From Vicinamibacteria bacterium (GTDB lineage Bacteria; Acidobacteriota; Vicinamibacteria; Fen-336): a DNA stretch of 37,167 nucleotides. Below, one piece after another: positions 1-7,800 of this stretch; positions within the stretch are counted from its first letter, which is position 1; the number at the start of each line of letters is the position of its first letter. The notes beneath the pieces were generated by a model. The model did no database searches. It saw nothing but the letters and a program-made list of their open reading frames with translations, and was not told where the DNA came from. The position numbers were made by a program, and so were the translations under genes. The DNA is taken from the NCBI GenBank assembly GCA_025923995.1, contig JAICEW010000018.1:1-37167 (forward strand), written 5' to 3'.

Positions 1-177
1 GCCACCGTTCTCCATCGCGTCGAACGCCGCCTCGTCCCACTTGAAGTCGAGATAGCGCACGTCCAGCCCGGGCGCCTTGACGCTCTTCACGAAGTCCGGC
101 GCGTTCTTCGACTTCTCCTGCGCCGCCAGGGACGACGCGAGCAGCAGGAGGCCCGCCACGATCTTCATTGCCCGCAT
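1..177 (-). CDS. Secreted hypothetical protein, N-terminal fragment (gene runs off the window start)
   Basis: The minus-strand ATG at 177 (alternative ATG at 168) opens MRAMKIVAGLLLLASSLAAQ..., a typical Sec signal peptide. The frame stays open to position 1. The conserved motif CCGCAGTTTCCGGATAGC lies 32 nt upstream. Confidence 0.5.
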   Translation of the reverse strand, partial: MRAMKIVAGLLLLASSLAAQEKSKNAPDFVKSVKAPGLDVRYLDFKWDEAAFDAMENGG

Positions 178-208
178 GGCCCGAGTCTAGCGGCCGACGC
201 CCGGGCGG

Positions 209-225
209 CTATCCGGAAACTGCGG
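209..225 (-). promoter_or_regulatory. Conserved 17-18 nt motif, copy 1 (plus strand ctatccggaaactgcgg; minus strand CCGCAGTTTCCGGATAG), ~32 nt upstream of the ATG at 177
   Basis: A near-identical copy lies at 3383..3399, the same distance upstream of another minus-strand start codon. Here it is embedded in a GGGCGGC/GCCGCCC inverted repeat (203-209 and 229-235). Confidence 0.4.
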
Positions 226-234
226 TCGGCCGCC

Positions 235-1920
235 CTACTTCGTGTTCTTGCTGCGAGCGGCCCGGCGCGTCCTGCGGTCGGCGAGGAGGATGTCGAGCGT
301 CAGCCAGAGGCCGGTGCCCGCCGCGCCCAGGAAGAAGAGCATGGCCAGCCCGGGGTAGCCGAGGATGCGGAAGGAGGTCTCGACCCGCATCAGCATGGCG
401 GCGCCCACCACCACCGATCCCAGCACGATGCCCGTCGTGATGCGGTTGGCGACCTTCTGGAAGCCCTCCAGCAGGAGCTTCTCGTCGATGGCGTCGACCG
501 TGAGCGACAGCTCGTTGTTGGCGACGGCGTCGAGGATCTTGTTGGCCCGGCCGGGCAGCCGCTCCATGAAGTCCTTGGTCTCCAGCAGCGTGCCGAAGAC
601 GCTCACGTTCGAGACCGAGCGGCGGACGCGTCCCTGCGTGAGCTGGGCCGCGCGGGAGCGCAGGGCCGCGTTGGGGTCGAACTCCGGCGCCAGGGCGCGT
701 CCGATCTCGTGCAGGTTGAGCAGCGTCTTGCCCAGCAGCGTCAGCTCGGACGGGATGCGCACCCCGTTGTCCGCCGCGATGCGCGTGATGGCCAGCACCA
801 CGCGCCCGACCTGGATCTGGGCGACGCTGGCGTCGCGGTTCTCGACCACCAGGGCCGCGACCTGGCGCCGGAAGGAGTCCGCGTCGAAGTCGTCGCGCCG
901 CTCGCCGATGCGCAGGGCGATGGTGGCGGCCTCCTCGCCGCGGCCCTCGCTCGTGGCCAGCATCAGCTGGAGCAGCTTCTCCTGCAGGCCCGGAGGGACG
1001 CGCGTGACCATCCCCAGGTCGACCAGCGCGATGCGCGCGTCGTCCGTGAGCAGCACGTTGCCGGGATGGGGGTCGGCGTGGACGAATCCGTCCACGAACA
1101 CCTGGTGCAGGTACGCCCCCCACAGCTCGTCCGCCAGCGCCTCGCCGTCGATGTCGATCCGGCCCAGCGGGCCGACGTCGGTGACCTTCTCGCCCCTCAC
1201 GTATTCGGTCGTGAGCACGAGCGACGTGGTGTAGTCGTCGACCGCGACCGGGACGACGATGCGGTCGAAGCCGGCCAGGTTCTCGCGCAGCGTGGCCAGG
1301 TTGCGCGCCTCCTGCCGGTAGTCCAGCTCGCGCAGCAGGCTCCGGCGCAGCTCCTGCACGATCCCGACGTAGCCGTAGCGCCGCCCCTGGTCCGTGTGCT
1401 CCTCGGCCACGCGCGCGATCTCCTCGATCGCCTCCAGCTCGTTCACGATCCGCGCGCGGATGCCGGGACGCTGGACCTTGACCACCACCTCCCGGCCGTC
1501 GCGCATGGCCGCGCGATGGACCTGGCCGAGCGACGCGGCGGCCAGCGGCTCCGACTCGAACCAGGCGAACCCCTTCGAGAGACGCACGCCCAGCTCCGCG
1601 GTGACGACCTCCTCCACCTCGGCGAAGGAGAAGGGCGCCACGGAGTCCTGGAGGCGCGCGAGGGCGTCCAGGAAGGGCTGCGACAGCAGGTCCGCTCGGG
1701 TGGAGAGGAACTGGCCGATCTTGATGTAGGTCGAGCCCAGCTTCTCCAGGTCGTTCGTGAAGCGCTCGGCCAGCTCGGCGCTGGGCGTGTTGGGCGCCAG
1801 CGCCTCCTCGTCCGGCAGGTCCTCGAGGCCGGCCCCTCGCACGAGGTCCGAGCGGCCATAGCGGATCAGCAGGCGCGCGATACCGCCGTAGGTCTTGAGA
1901 CGCTCCGCGGTCAGGGTCAT
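235..1920 (-). CDS. ABC1/UbiB-family atypical protein kinase (AarF-domain kinase) with C-terminal TM helices
   Basis: The translation contains hallmark UbiB/ADCK motifs (STYIKIGQFLSTR, LGQVHRA, VVKVQRPG, HADPHPGN). ATG at 1920 is preceded by GGAGGG 7 nt upstream. The longer ORF to 1962 starts with TTG and has no RBS. Confidence 0.85.
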   Translation of the reverse strand: MTLTAERLKTYGGIARLLIRYGRSDLVRGAGLEDLPDEEALAPNTPSAELAERFTNDLEKLGSTYIKIGQFLSTRADLLSQPFLDALARLQDSVAPFSFAEVEEVVTAELGVRLSKGFAWFESEPLAAASLGQVHRAAMRDGREVVVKVQRPGIRARIVNELEAIEEIARVAEEHTDQGRRYGYVGIVQELRRSLLRELDYRQEARNLATLRENLAGFDRIVVPVAVDDYTTSLVLTTEYVRGEKVTDVGPLGRIDIDGEALADELWGAYLHQVFVDGFVHADPHPGNVLLTDDARIALVDLGMVTRVPPGLQEKLLQLMLATSEGRGEEAATIALRIGERRDDFDADSFRRQVAALVVENRDASVAQIQVGRVVLAITRIAADNGVRIPSELTLLGKTLLNLHEIGRALAPEFDPNAALRSRAAQLTQGRVRRSVSNVSVFGTLLETKDFMERLPGRANKILDAVANNELSLTVDAIDEKLLLEGFQKVANRITTGIVLGSVVVGAAMLMRVETSFRILGYPGLAMLFFLGAAGTGLWLTLDILLADRRTRRAARSKNTK

Positions 1921-1939
1921 CTGATCCCTCCGGGACAGG

Positions 1940-1953
1940 CCTTCCCGGGAAGG
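1940..1953. promoter_or_regulatory. Perfect 14-bp palindrome CCTTCCCGGGAAGG, 20-33 nt upstream of the kinase start
   Basis: The sequence is identical to its own reverse complement. It lies in the 66-bp spacer between the outer-membrane protein gene stop and the kinase gene. Confidence 0.3.
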
Positions 1954-1986
1954 GTCGAGCAAGTCCCGTGCCGGGGACCGGAAGGC

Positions 1987-3348
1987 TTAGTAGCTGTAGG
2001 CCAGGAAGACCATGCCGTAGGAGAAGTTGGTCGTCCGGCCGGACGACTGCTGCACGGCCGCGCCGGGATTCGCGAACGCCGCGACCAGGCTGAGCGTGAA
2101 GTGGTCGTTGATCTCCCAGTCCAGGTATCCGTCCACCTCGAACGCGACGTCGTCCGACGTCACGCCGGCGGCCGCCGGCTCGTCCAGGAGGAACTTGTAG
2201 AAGAGGACACCGGTGCCGACGCTCTCCCTCGGCTGCAGGTGGAGCCGCGCCTGGTGGGACGCCAGGTTGGAGTTCGAGACGAAGTACTCGCCCGCGATCT
2301 CGCCCTGCCACCAGGTCCCCCAGTCGTCGAGGCCCGGCAGGAGCGGGTCGAAGGCCTCGTTGGCCGCAGTGGCGGGATCGTCCCCTCGGAAGAGGGCGTA
2401 GCGATACGAGACCCGGGGACTCCACGGGAGGTCCGTTTCGTACGCGGCCTGCAGGCTCCAGGCCTCGGAGTCGAGGGCATCCCCATTGGACTCGCGCGCG
2501 TACTCCGCCTCGAAGGAGAGCCCCTGCAGGCCTGGCAGCGGCGCCGTGTACGCGCGCGCGTGGAAGACGTCGAGCCCGTCGCGCCCCGGGTTGTCCTGGG
2601 GATTCGCGCTCCACTTCATGTACGTCGCACCGAAGGTGTTGTCCTCGTCGAGCGCGAGCTCGTAGTTCGCGCCCCAGAGCCGGCTGCCCGAGTCGGCCTC
2701 GGGCAGGTCGTCCTTGTCCAGGTAGAAGGCCTCGAGCGTGTGGCGGCCCGGCTTGAAGCGGCCGATGGCCGCGAACTCGAACGCCTTGCGCGCGTTGGTC
2801 CAGTAGCCGCCGCGGTTGCCGCCTTCCGCGGCTCCGTCTCCGAGCAGGAACATGTGGCCGATGGTGTACGCAGCCCGTCCCACGACCAGCTCGAGCGCGT
2901 TCTCGCCGAGGCCGAGGCCCTGGCCGGACCGCCAGCCGACGTGGAGGTCCTCGACGTCGTACGACGACGCGTCCTCGCCGACCAGGCTCGGCGCGGCTCC
3001 GTAGGTCCGCTCGCCGACGCCGCTCACCTTGGCGTAGAGCTGCGAGGAGTTGGACGCGGTGAAGGTGGCCGTGAGCGCGGGCTTCACCGCGCCCTCGAAC
3101 CACTGGTCGCCCAGGTCGCCGGAGGGCTCCTCCGGCCGGGGGTCGGTGTAGAGCGAGTTCGCGAAGCCGAAGCTGCCCCAGGTCGCGTCGAAGTTGAAGG
3201 TCCAGTCGAGCCCGGACGGCAGGCCGGTCGTGCGGGCGTCGTCCTGCGCCTCGGCCGCATCGGGCGGAGGTGGGGAAGGGGAGGGCTCCTGGGCGAGGAC
3301 GGAGCCCGACAGCGCGAGGACGAGCGCGGACGAGGTGCGCGCGATCAT
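1987..3348 (-). CDS. Outer-membrane beta-barrel protein (porin / alginate-export-like), Sec signal peptide
   Basis: The N-terminal signal peptide is MIARTSSALVLALSGSVLAQ. The protein is rich in Gly/Tyr/aromatic alternation and ends in aromatic ...FLAYSY, typical of outer-membrane barrels. GAGGG lies just upstream of the ATG. Confidence 0.75.
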   Translation of the reverse strand: MIARTSSALVLALSGSVLAQEPSPSPPPPDAAEAQDDARTTGLPSGLDWTFNFDATWGSFGFANSLYTDPRPEEPSGDLGDQWFEGAVKPALTATFTASNSSQLYAKVSGVGERTYGAAPSLVGEDASSYDVEDLHVGWRSGQGLGLGENALELVVGRAAYTIGHMFLLGDGAAEGGNRGGYWTNARKAFEFAAIGRFKPGRHTLEAFYLDKDDLPEADSGSRLWGANYELALDEDNTFGATYMKWSANPQDNPGRDGLDVFHARAYTAPLPGLQGLSFEAEYARESNGDALDSEAWSLQAAYETDLPWSPRVSYRYALFRGDDPATAANEAFDPLLPGLDDWGTWWQGEIAGEYFVSNSNLASHQARLHLQPRESVGTGVLFYKFLLDEPAAAGVTSDDVAFEVDGYLDWEINDHFTLSLVAAFANPGAAVQQSSGRTTNFSYGMVFLAYSY

Positions 3349-3382
3349 CGCCCTCAGGTTCGTCCCGGAAGCCTTCTCCCCG

Positions 3383-3399
3383 CTATCCCGAAACTGCGG
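3383..3399 (-). promoter_or_regulatory. Conserved 17-18 nt motif, copy 2 (plus strand ctatcccgaaactgcgg), ~35 nt upstream of the outer-membrane protein ATG at 3348
   Basis: It matches the copy at 209..225 at 16 of 17 positions. Position relative to the downstream start codon is the same in both copies. Confidence 0.4.
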
Positions 3400-3412
3400 C
3401 GGACTCGCGCGC

Positions 3413-4678
3413 TCACGCCAGCCCGTAGCTGCGCAGCCCGTTCCGGCTCGTCCAGGCGTCGAGCGCCATCAGCTCGCGCGGCTCGGGCATGCGGTTCATC
3501 GGTCCGCGCGCCTGGAGGACGCGGCGCGTCGACGGCCGCACCTCGACGGTGAGCCGGCGCCAATGGCCGGTCCCGTCCTCGAGCGTCAGCGTCCAGATCG
3601 AGGACTCCCCGCTCTGGATCCGTGGCGCGTACGACAGGACGCAGTGGCGCATGGCCCGGCCCTCGTCGGCCAGCGTCTTCCGATCGAGGATCTCGCGCAC
3701 GTGCCAGATCTCGGTCCTTCGAGGTCCGCCGTCCTCGCCCCGTGACCAGTCGATGTCCATCGGCTCGAAGCCGCTCGCCGGGAAGAGGTACGGCGACGCC
3801 GCGGTGTCGGCGGCCAGCCGGCCGTGCCATTCCCGCATCGCGCGCAGCATCGCGAGCACGCTGCGTCCCTTGATCGCGAAGGCGGGGGACTCGGCGTGCC
3901 GGTGCTCGATGTAGTCCACGAGCGGGCCGACCTCGGCCGAGGGCAGCATCGGGTTGGCACTCAGCCACCCGATGACGGTCTGCCAGAACTCCTCGTCCGC
4001 GCGCGCGTGGAGGCGGCGGCCGGCGCGTGTCGCGATCCAGGCGCGGAACAGCCGCGCGTCGCCTCCGGCGGCCTTCACCTGCACGCGGCGCACGGCGTCC
4101 AGGAACCGCGGCTCGCCGCCCCGGAAGAGGAGCTCGTGGCACATCGCGCGCGTCAGGGGCACGGGCATCAGGCCCGACTTCACGGCCTGGTAGAGGCTGC
4201 CCCCTGCCGCCAGGTGGACCACGACCGCCACCAGCGCGGGGGCGTCTTCGGTCGCGAAGAACGCGCTCCACACGAACGGCGGCATCGGGTAGAGGGCGAG
4301 CAGGTGCTCGGCCAGGGACCGGAAGAGCCTCTCGCGGCTCTTCCCTGACGGCTTCCAGTCGCCGACGCTGCCGACGCGATTCGCCTGCGCCAGCAGCTTG
4401 AGGGCGGGCAGGGTGTCCTCGTCCACAAGACGCGGTGCGCGCTGGGCGACGGTCCCGAGCATCTCACGCAGCAGCCCGTTCGGGTCGTCCTCGTCGCGCA
4501 GCAGTCGCTCGATCGAGGCCGCGACGGACCTCGGGTGTCTGGCGAGCGCCGCGCGCAGCGCCTTCTCACGGACCTCGGTCACGCGGCGGCGGACGTCGTG
4601 CGCGTCGCGCCGGTCGTGGCGCGACTGGGCCATCAGGTGGCGCGCCTCCCTGGTGGCCGCGAGCTTCCACTCGCTCAT
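3413..4678 (-). CDS. Hypothetical protein with C-terminal PcfJ-like domain
   Basis: The C-terminal motif EGRAMRHCVLSYAP resembles the conserved HCV.SY core of PcfJ-like proteins. ATG at 4678 is preceded by GAAGGAGGAG. Confidence 0.65.
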   Translation of the reverse strand: MSEWKLAATREARHLMAQSRHDRRDAHDVRRRVTEVREKALRAALARHPRSVAASIERLLRDEDDPNGLLREMLGTVAQRAPRLVDEDTLPALKLLAQANRVGSVGDWKPSGKSRERLFRSLAEHLLALYPMPPFVWSAFFATEDAPALVAVVVHLAAGGSLYQAVKSGLMPVPLTRAMCHELLFRGGEPRFLDAVRRVQVKAAGGDARLFRAWIATRAGRRLHARADEEFWQTVIGWLSANPMLPSAEVGPLVDYIEHRHAESPAFAIKGRSVLAMLRAMREWHGRLAADTAASPYLFPASGFEPMDIDWSRGEDGGPRRTEIWHVREILDRKTLADEGRAMRHCVLSYAPRIQSGESSIWTLTLEDGTGHWRRLTVEVRPSTRRVLQARGPMNRMPEPRELMALDAWTSRNGLRSYGLA

Positions 4679-4707
4679 GGCCTGACTCTCCTCCTTCGAC
4701 TCCGAGA

Positions 4708-4733
4708 GGGCGGCGGCCCCATTGCCGCCGCCC
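4708..4733 (-). other. GC-rich hairpin (10-bp perfect stem GGGCGGCGGC / GCCGCCGCCC, 6-nt loop) between the SPFH and PcfJ-like genes
   Basis: The inverted repeat is read directly from the sequence. There is no U-run, so it is not a canonical intrinsic terminator. Confidence 0.4.
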
Positions 4734-4825
4734 TCCGTGATCGAGCAAGGGGGCGCTGCGCCGCCTCCCCTTGCACCCCCGCTCGTGCGTCGGGAGTGAG
4801 TCCCGCGGCTCGAGCAGTCCGTCCT

Positions 4826-5929
4826 CTACAGCAGCTTCACGACGCGGTCGGCGAGGCCCTTCTCGCCGAGCACGACCGTGAGGTTGGCCTTCTCCGAGAC
4901 CTTCTCCAGCACCTCGAGCTCGCGCAGTCGCATCAGGGTGGGGCTCGACTCCAGGATGCGGGCGGTGTTGGCCTGCGAGCGCATGGCGGCCGTCTCCTCG
5001 CGGCGCGTGATCAGCGCCGCCTCGGCCGCCTTGCGGGCCTCGGTCACCTTGTTCATGAGGTCCTTCATCTCGCCGGGCAGGATCACGTCACGGATCCCCA
5101 GCGCGACGACCTCGAGACCGAACCCCGCGACGCGCGCGCGCACGACGCCGTCCAGCTCGCGGCCGACCGCGTCCTTGTCGGCCAGGAGCGCGTCCAGCTC
5201 GCGCGTGCCCACGAGAGCGCGCAGCGCGAGCTGCGCCTCGCGGTAGAGGGCCTGACGGTGGTCCTCCACCGTGCTGACGGCCTTGAGGGGATCGGCCACC
5301 TTGAAGGCCACCACCGCGTTGACGCGCAGCGTGACCTTGTCGGCGGTCATGATCTCCTGGCCGGCCACGTCCACCACCTGCTCGCGCAGGTCCACGTCCA
5401 GGACGCGGGCCTTGGCCATGCCCTTCCAGAAGGCGTGGGTGCCCGGGGCCAGCGTGGCCTCGTAGCGGCCGTCCTTGAAGAAGAGGCCGACGTGTCCGGA
5501 GTCCACCGTCACCGCCTCCAGCAGGGGAGCCGTTCCCTTCATGGCGGCGATCACGGCCAGGTCCGGGTGCTCGAAGCGGACCGCGCGCGCGTCGAACACC
5601 TCGACGCGCACGTCGTGGAACACGGTCCACAGCGCGTAGAGCCCCGGCTTCAGCACCGCCTCCAGGCGGCCGTCCACCCAGACCACGGCACGCTCGTGGT
5701 CCTTGAGGTCGACGACGCGCGCCTCGTCACCCAGCGCGCCCGACTTCACGATGACGTCGAGCTCCTTGTGGTCGAGCCACACCTGGCGCACCGACACCAC
5801 GTCGACGCGCGCCAGGACGGACCACAGGAAGTGGCGTCCCGGGCGCAGGACACGCTGGAACACACGGTCGCGGAACAGCAGACCGCGCTCGTGCTCACGA
5901 ACCTTGAAACGGCCGAACAGGGCCCACAA
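4826..5929 (-). CDS. SPFH/band-7 (stomatin/prohibitin-like) domain protein
   Basis: The band-7 core and coiled-coil tail are recognisable (GIRDVILPGEMKDLMNKVTEARKAAEAALI...). TTG start at 5929 is preceded by AAAGGAGGTG. The longer ORF to 6070 adds an Arg-rich N-terminus with no RBS. Confidence 0.75.
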   Translation of the reverse strand: MWALFGRFKVREHERGLLFRDRVFQRVLRPGRHFLWSVLARVDVVSVRQVWLDHKELDVIVKSGALGDEARVVDLKDHERAVVWVDGRLEAVLKPGLYALWTVFHDVRVEVFDARAVRFEHPDLAVIAAMKGTAPLLEAVTVDSGHVGLFFKDGRYEATLAPGTHAFWKGMAKARVLDVDLREQVVDVAGQEIMTADKVTLRVNAVVAFKVADPLKAVSTVEDHRQALYREAQLALRALVGTRELDALLADKDAVGRELDGVVRARVAGFGLEVVALGIRDVILPGEMKDLMNKVTEARKAAEAALITRREETAAMRSQANTARILESSPTLMRLRELEVLEKVSEKANLTVVLGEKGLADRVVKLL

Positions 5930-6221
5930 TGGGCACCTCCTTTCTCCTCTCTCGAACGACGACGAACGACAGGCGGCCTCCGGGGACGTTCGCCGGCCGC
6001 CACGCCTTGGACGTGGAGCGCAACTTGAGGCCCCGTCGACTCCGCCTTCGATACGTGACGCCCGGGTCACGGACGTGGGGCGTTTGGACGGGGCCGGTAT
6101 CCGCGCGCTTCAGGACGCCCTCGCGCGCGTGCCACGCGTGAGCCCGCTGCGGGCGCCCACGCGCGGCGGGCGGATCACGACGTCCGCCCCGGAGACCGGT
6201 ACTTCACGACGACCAACGCTT

Positions 6222-6294
6222 GAGTTGGCACGGGATTCGAACCCGCGACAGCCGAGTCCACTGCTCGGTGCTCTACCCCCTGAGCTAGCCAATG
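6222..6294 (-). tRNA. tRNA-His(GUG)-like gene, non-canonical and possibly degenerate
   Basis: It has a 73-nt cloverleaf with T-loop GGTTCGAATCC, D-arm GCTC/GAGC, anticodon loop CAGTGGA (anticodon GTG) and discriminator C73, which is His-like. Positions 1:72 and 2:71 are mismatched (C.U and A.C). Position 33 is A rather than U, and there is no G-1. Confidence 0.5.
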
Positions 6295-6593
6295 GTGGAG
6301 ATGGCAATCTCCTTCTGACACCTCCCTTCGTCAGAACCCGTACACGGAACCGGCGTCGCCGATCACGAAGTGAGGCGACGCACGCCGCCGGCCGGGGTGG
6401 TATCAGCGTCTTCGCGGCGAGACGCGCCGCGATCTCCTGGTGGTCCCCTCGGGAGGACGGAAGCCCTCCATCTCCGGATTCGTAGTCCGGCGGTCTCGTG
6501 CCTTGGCCTTCGAGGGGATTCGTGCAGACGGACCGGTTGCGCTCACCGGCCCATCGACATCTCCGTTGTCAAAGAACCCGCTCGCGAACGAGC

Positions 6594-6683
6594 TGGTGGG
6601 CGGCATGGGATTCGAACCCAAGACGCTCCCGATGGGAGGACGGGGTTACAGCCCGTCGGCGGACCATCCGCACCGTACCGCCC
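6594..6683 (-). tRNA. tRNA-Tyr(GUA), long variable arm, CCA encoded
   Basis: The acceptor is GGGCGGT/GCCGCCC and the D-stem GGTG/CGCC. The anticodon stem ACGGG/CCCGT carries loop CTGTAAC (anticodon GTA). A variable-arm hairpin CTCCC-ATC-GGGAG and T-loop TTCGAAT follow, then A73 and CCA. Confidence 0.85.
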
Positions 6684-6757
6684 TGTTGCGCCACGAAATG
6701 ACCTCGTGATCTCGAGGCAGTCCTCTCCTGACGAATCGGGACGACGGTCCCGAAGCC

Positions 6758-6795
6758 AAAAAAAAGGCCTTCCAGGGGATCGCCCTGGAAGGCCT
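6758..6795 (-). terminator. Rho-independent terminator on the minus strand
   Basis: A 13-bp perfect stem AGGCCTTCCAGGG / CCCTGGAAGGCCT with a 5-nt loop is followed on the minus strand by an 8-U run (plus-strand A8 at 6758-6765). Confidence 0.75.
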
Positions 6796-6993
6796 CGCAC
6801 TTCATGAATGCCGAGCCTTTAGGGTGAGTTGCCCCCCTCGGAGCCAAGGGTGCTGCCGGGATAACCCTCTGTCCAAAGCGACGAGAAGGATCCGCGCACG
6901 CACACCTCGACCCGGTCGATGCGGGTCAGGGACGCTGGCCTCGCCATCGAAGAGTGCGCCGAATTGAGGAGCCGCGAGATCAATTCAAACCTC
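6796..6993 (-). ncRNA. Candidate small transcript (sRNA or small-protein mRNA) running from a sigma70-like promoter to the terminator at 6758-6795
   Basis: A promoter-like TTGACA-17nt-TACATT lies at 7029..7001 on the minus strand, and the strong terminator ends at 6758, giving a ~230-nt transcript. It contains one 42-44 aa ORF (6819..6947 minus: MARPASLTRIDRVEVCVRGSFSSLWTEGYPGSTLGSEGGNSP) with no Shine-Dalgarno sequence. Confidence 0.3.
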
Positions 6994-7000
6994 GGCGCAC

Positions 7001-7029
7001 AATGTATGGACCCGCCGGCGAATTGTCAA
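7001..7029 (-). promoter_or_regulatory. Sigma70-like promoter on the minus strand (-35 TTGACA, 17-nt spacer, -10 TACATT)
   Basis: The hexamers were read off the reverse complement of 7001-7029. This AT-rich island sits in an otherwise ~70% GC region. Confidence 0.35.
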
Positions 7030-7080
7030 TGGTGATGTGTCGCCCGGGGTCAGCGTGGCCCCGCGTCCGGACGCGGCGGT

Positions 7081-7094
7081 ATGACAGGCGTCAT
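7081..7094. promoter_or_regulatory. Fnr/Dnr-type box ATGACAGGCGTCAT (ATGAC-N4-GTCAT), centred 63.5 bp upstream of the ATG at 7151
   Basis: Both palindromic half-sites are perfect. Four more copies of the same motif lie in other promoter regions of this window. Confidence 0.55.
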
Positions 7095-7150
7095 AGGGCG
7101 CTGGCCGAGGGCATGACCACAATGGTCGCGCGACGATCAGGAGGAGTTCC

Positions 7151-7768
7151 ATGAGACCGTACCGCCCCCTTCTCGGAGCGCTCGCCGCTGCCGCGCTCGC
7201 GTTCTTCGCGGCGCCGTCCGCGGCCCGCGCCCACTGCGACACCATGGACGGCCCGGTGGTCGAGGAAGCGCTGGCCGCGCTGGCCTCCGGCGACGTGGTG
7301 CCGGTGCTGAAGTGGGTTCCGCCCGAGAGCGAGTCGCTGGTGCGAGACGTCTTCCGGCACACGCTCGCGGTCCGTGCCCTGGGACCGGAGGCGAAGGAGC
7401 TCGCCGACCGCTACTTCTTCGAGACACTCGTCCGAGTCCATCGCCAGGGCGAAGGAGAGCCGTACACCGGCCTCAGGCGCGCCGGGTCCCCGGTCGCTCC
7501 GGTCGTCGTGGCCGCCGACCGGGCCCTCGACGCGGGCTCGGCCGACGAGCTGGCGCGGATCCTGGGCGACACGATGGACCGGGGCCTGAAGGAGCGGTTC
7601 GCCCGCGCGGTCGAGGCCAGGAAGCACGCTTCCGAGAGCATCGAGAAGGGCCGGGCGTACGTGGCGGCCTACGTCGAGTTCGTCCACCACGCGCAGCGGC
7701 TACAGGACGCCGCCGGAGCCACGCCCGCGGTGCACGATGAGCACCCCTCGAGCGCGCACGCGCACTAG
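7151..7768 (+). CDS. Secreted conserved hypothetical protein (HCDTMDGPVV N-terminal motif, C-terminal His-rich tail); candidate periplasmic metal-binding protein
   Basis: AGGAGG lies 6 nt upstream of the ATG. The signal peptide MRPYRPLLGALAAAALAFFAAPSAARA ends with the A-x-A rule, which predicts a mature N-terminus of HCDT... The C-terminal tail is ...VHDEHPSSAHAH. Confidence 0.8.
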   Translation: MRPYRPLLGALAAAALAFFAAPSAARAHCDTMDGPVVEEALAALASGDVVPVLKWVPPESESLVRDVFRHTLAVRALGPEAKELADRYFFETLVRVHRQGEGEPYTGLRRAGSPVAPVVVAADRALDAGSADELARILGDTMDRGLKERFARAVEARKHASESIEKGRAYVAAYVEFVHHAQRLQDAAGATPAVHDEHPSSAHAH

Positions 7769-7800
7769 CCCTCACGCCGTCGGGGCCGCGGGCGTCGGTG

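Noticed and set aside
209-3552. Very long ORFs in alternative frames (e.g. 209..3103 minus, 709..3552 plus; likewise 8237..10435 plus, 10360..13062 minus, 16850..18832 plus, 23747..25936 plus, 28264..30255 minus, 35312..37120 minus)
   Set aside because: Their translations are Arg/Gly/Pro/Ala-rich low-complexity sequence with no motifs. They overlap well-supported genes with recognisable domains. Open frames like these are expected by chance at ~70% GC.
6054-6071. Palindrome CGTGAC-N6-GTCACG about 120 bp upstream of the SPFH gene
   Set aside because: It shares the TGAC/GTCA half-sites, but the spacer is 6 nt, not 4. A Crp/Fnr dimer specific for the N4 boxes would not bind this geometry, so it was not counted in the regulon. 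It could serve a different regulator.
6800-6990. Possible SRP (4.5S) RNA or other housekeeping ncRNA between promoter and terminator
   Set aside because: The conserved domain-IV motif (GGUCAGGUCCGGAAGGAAGCAGCC-like) is absent on both strands. It is left as an unclassified candidate sRNA.
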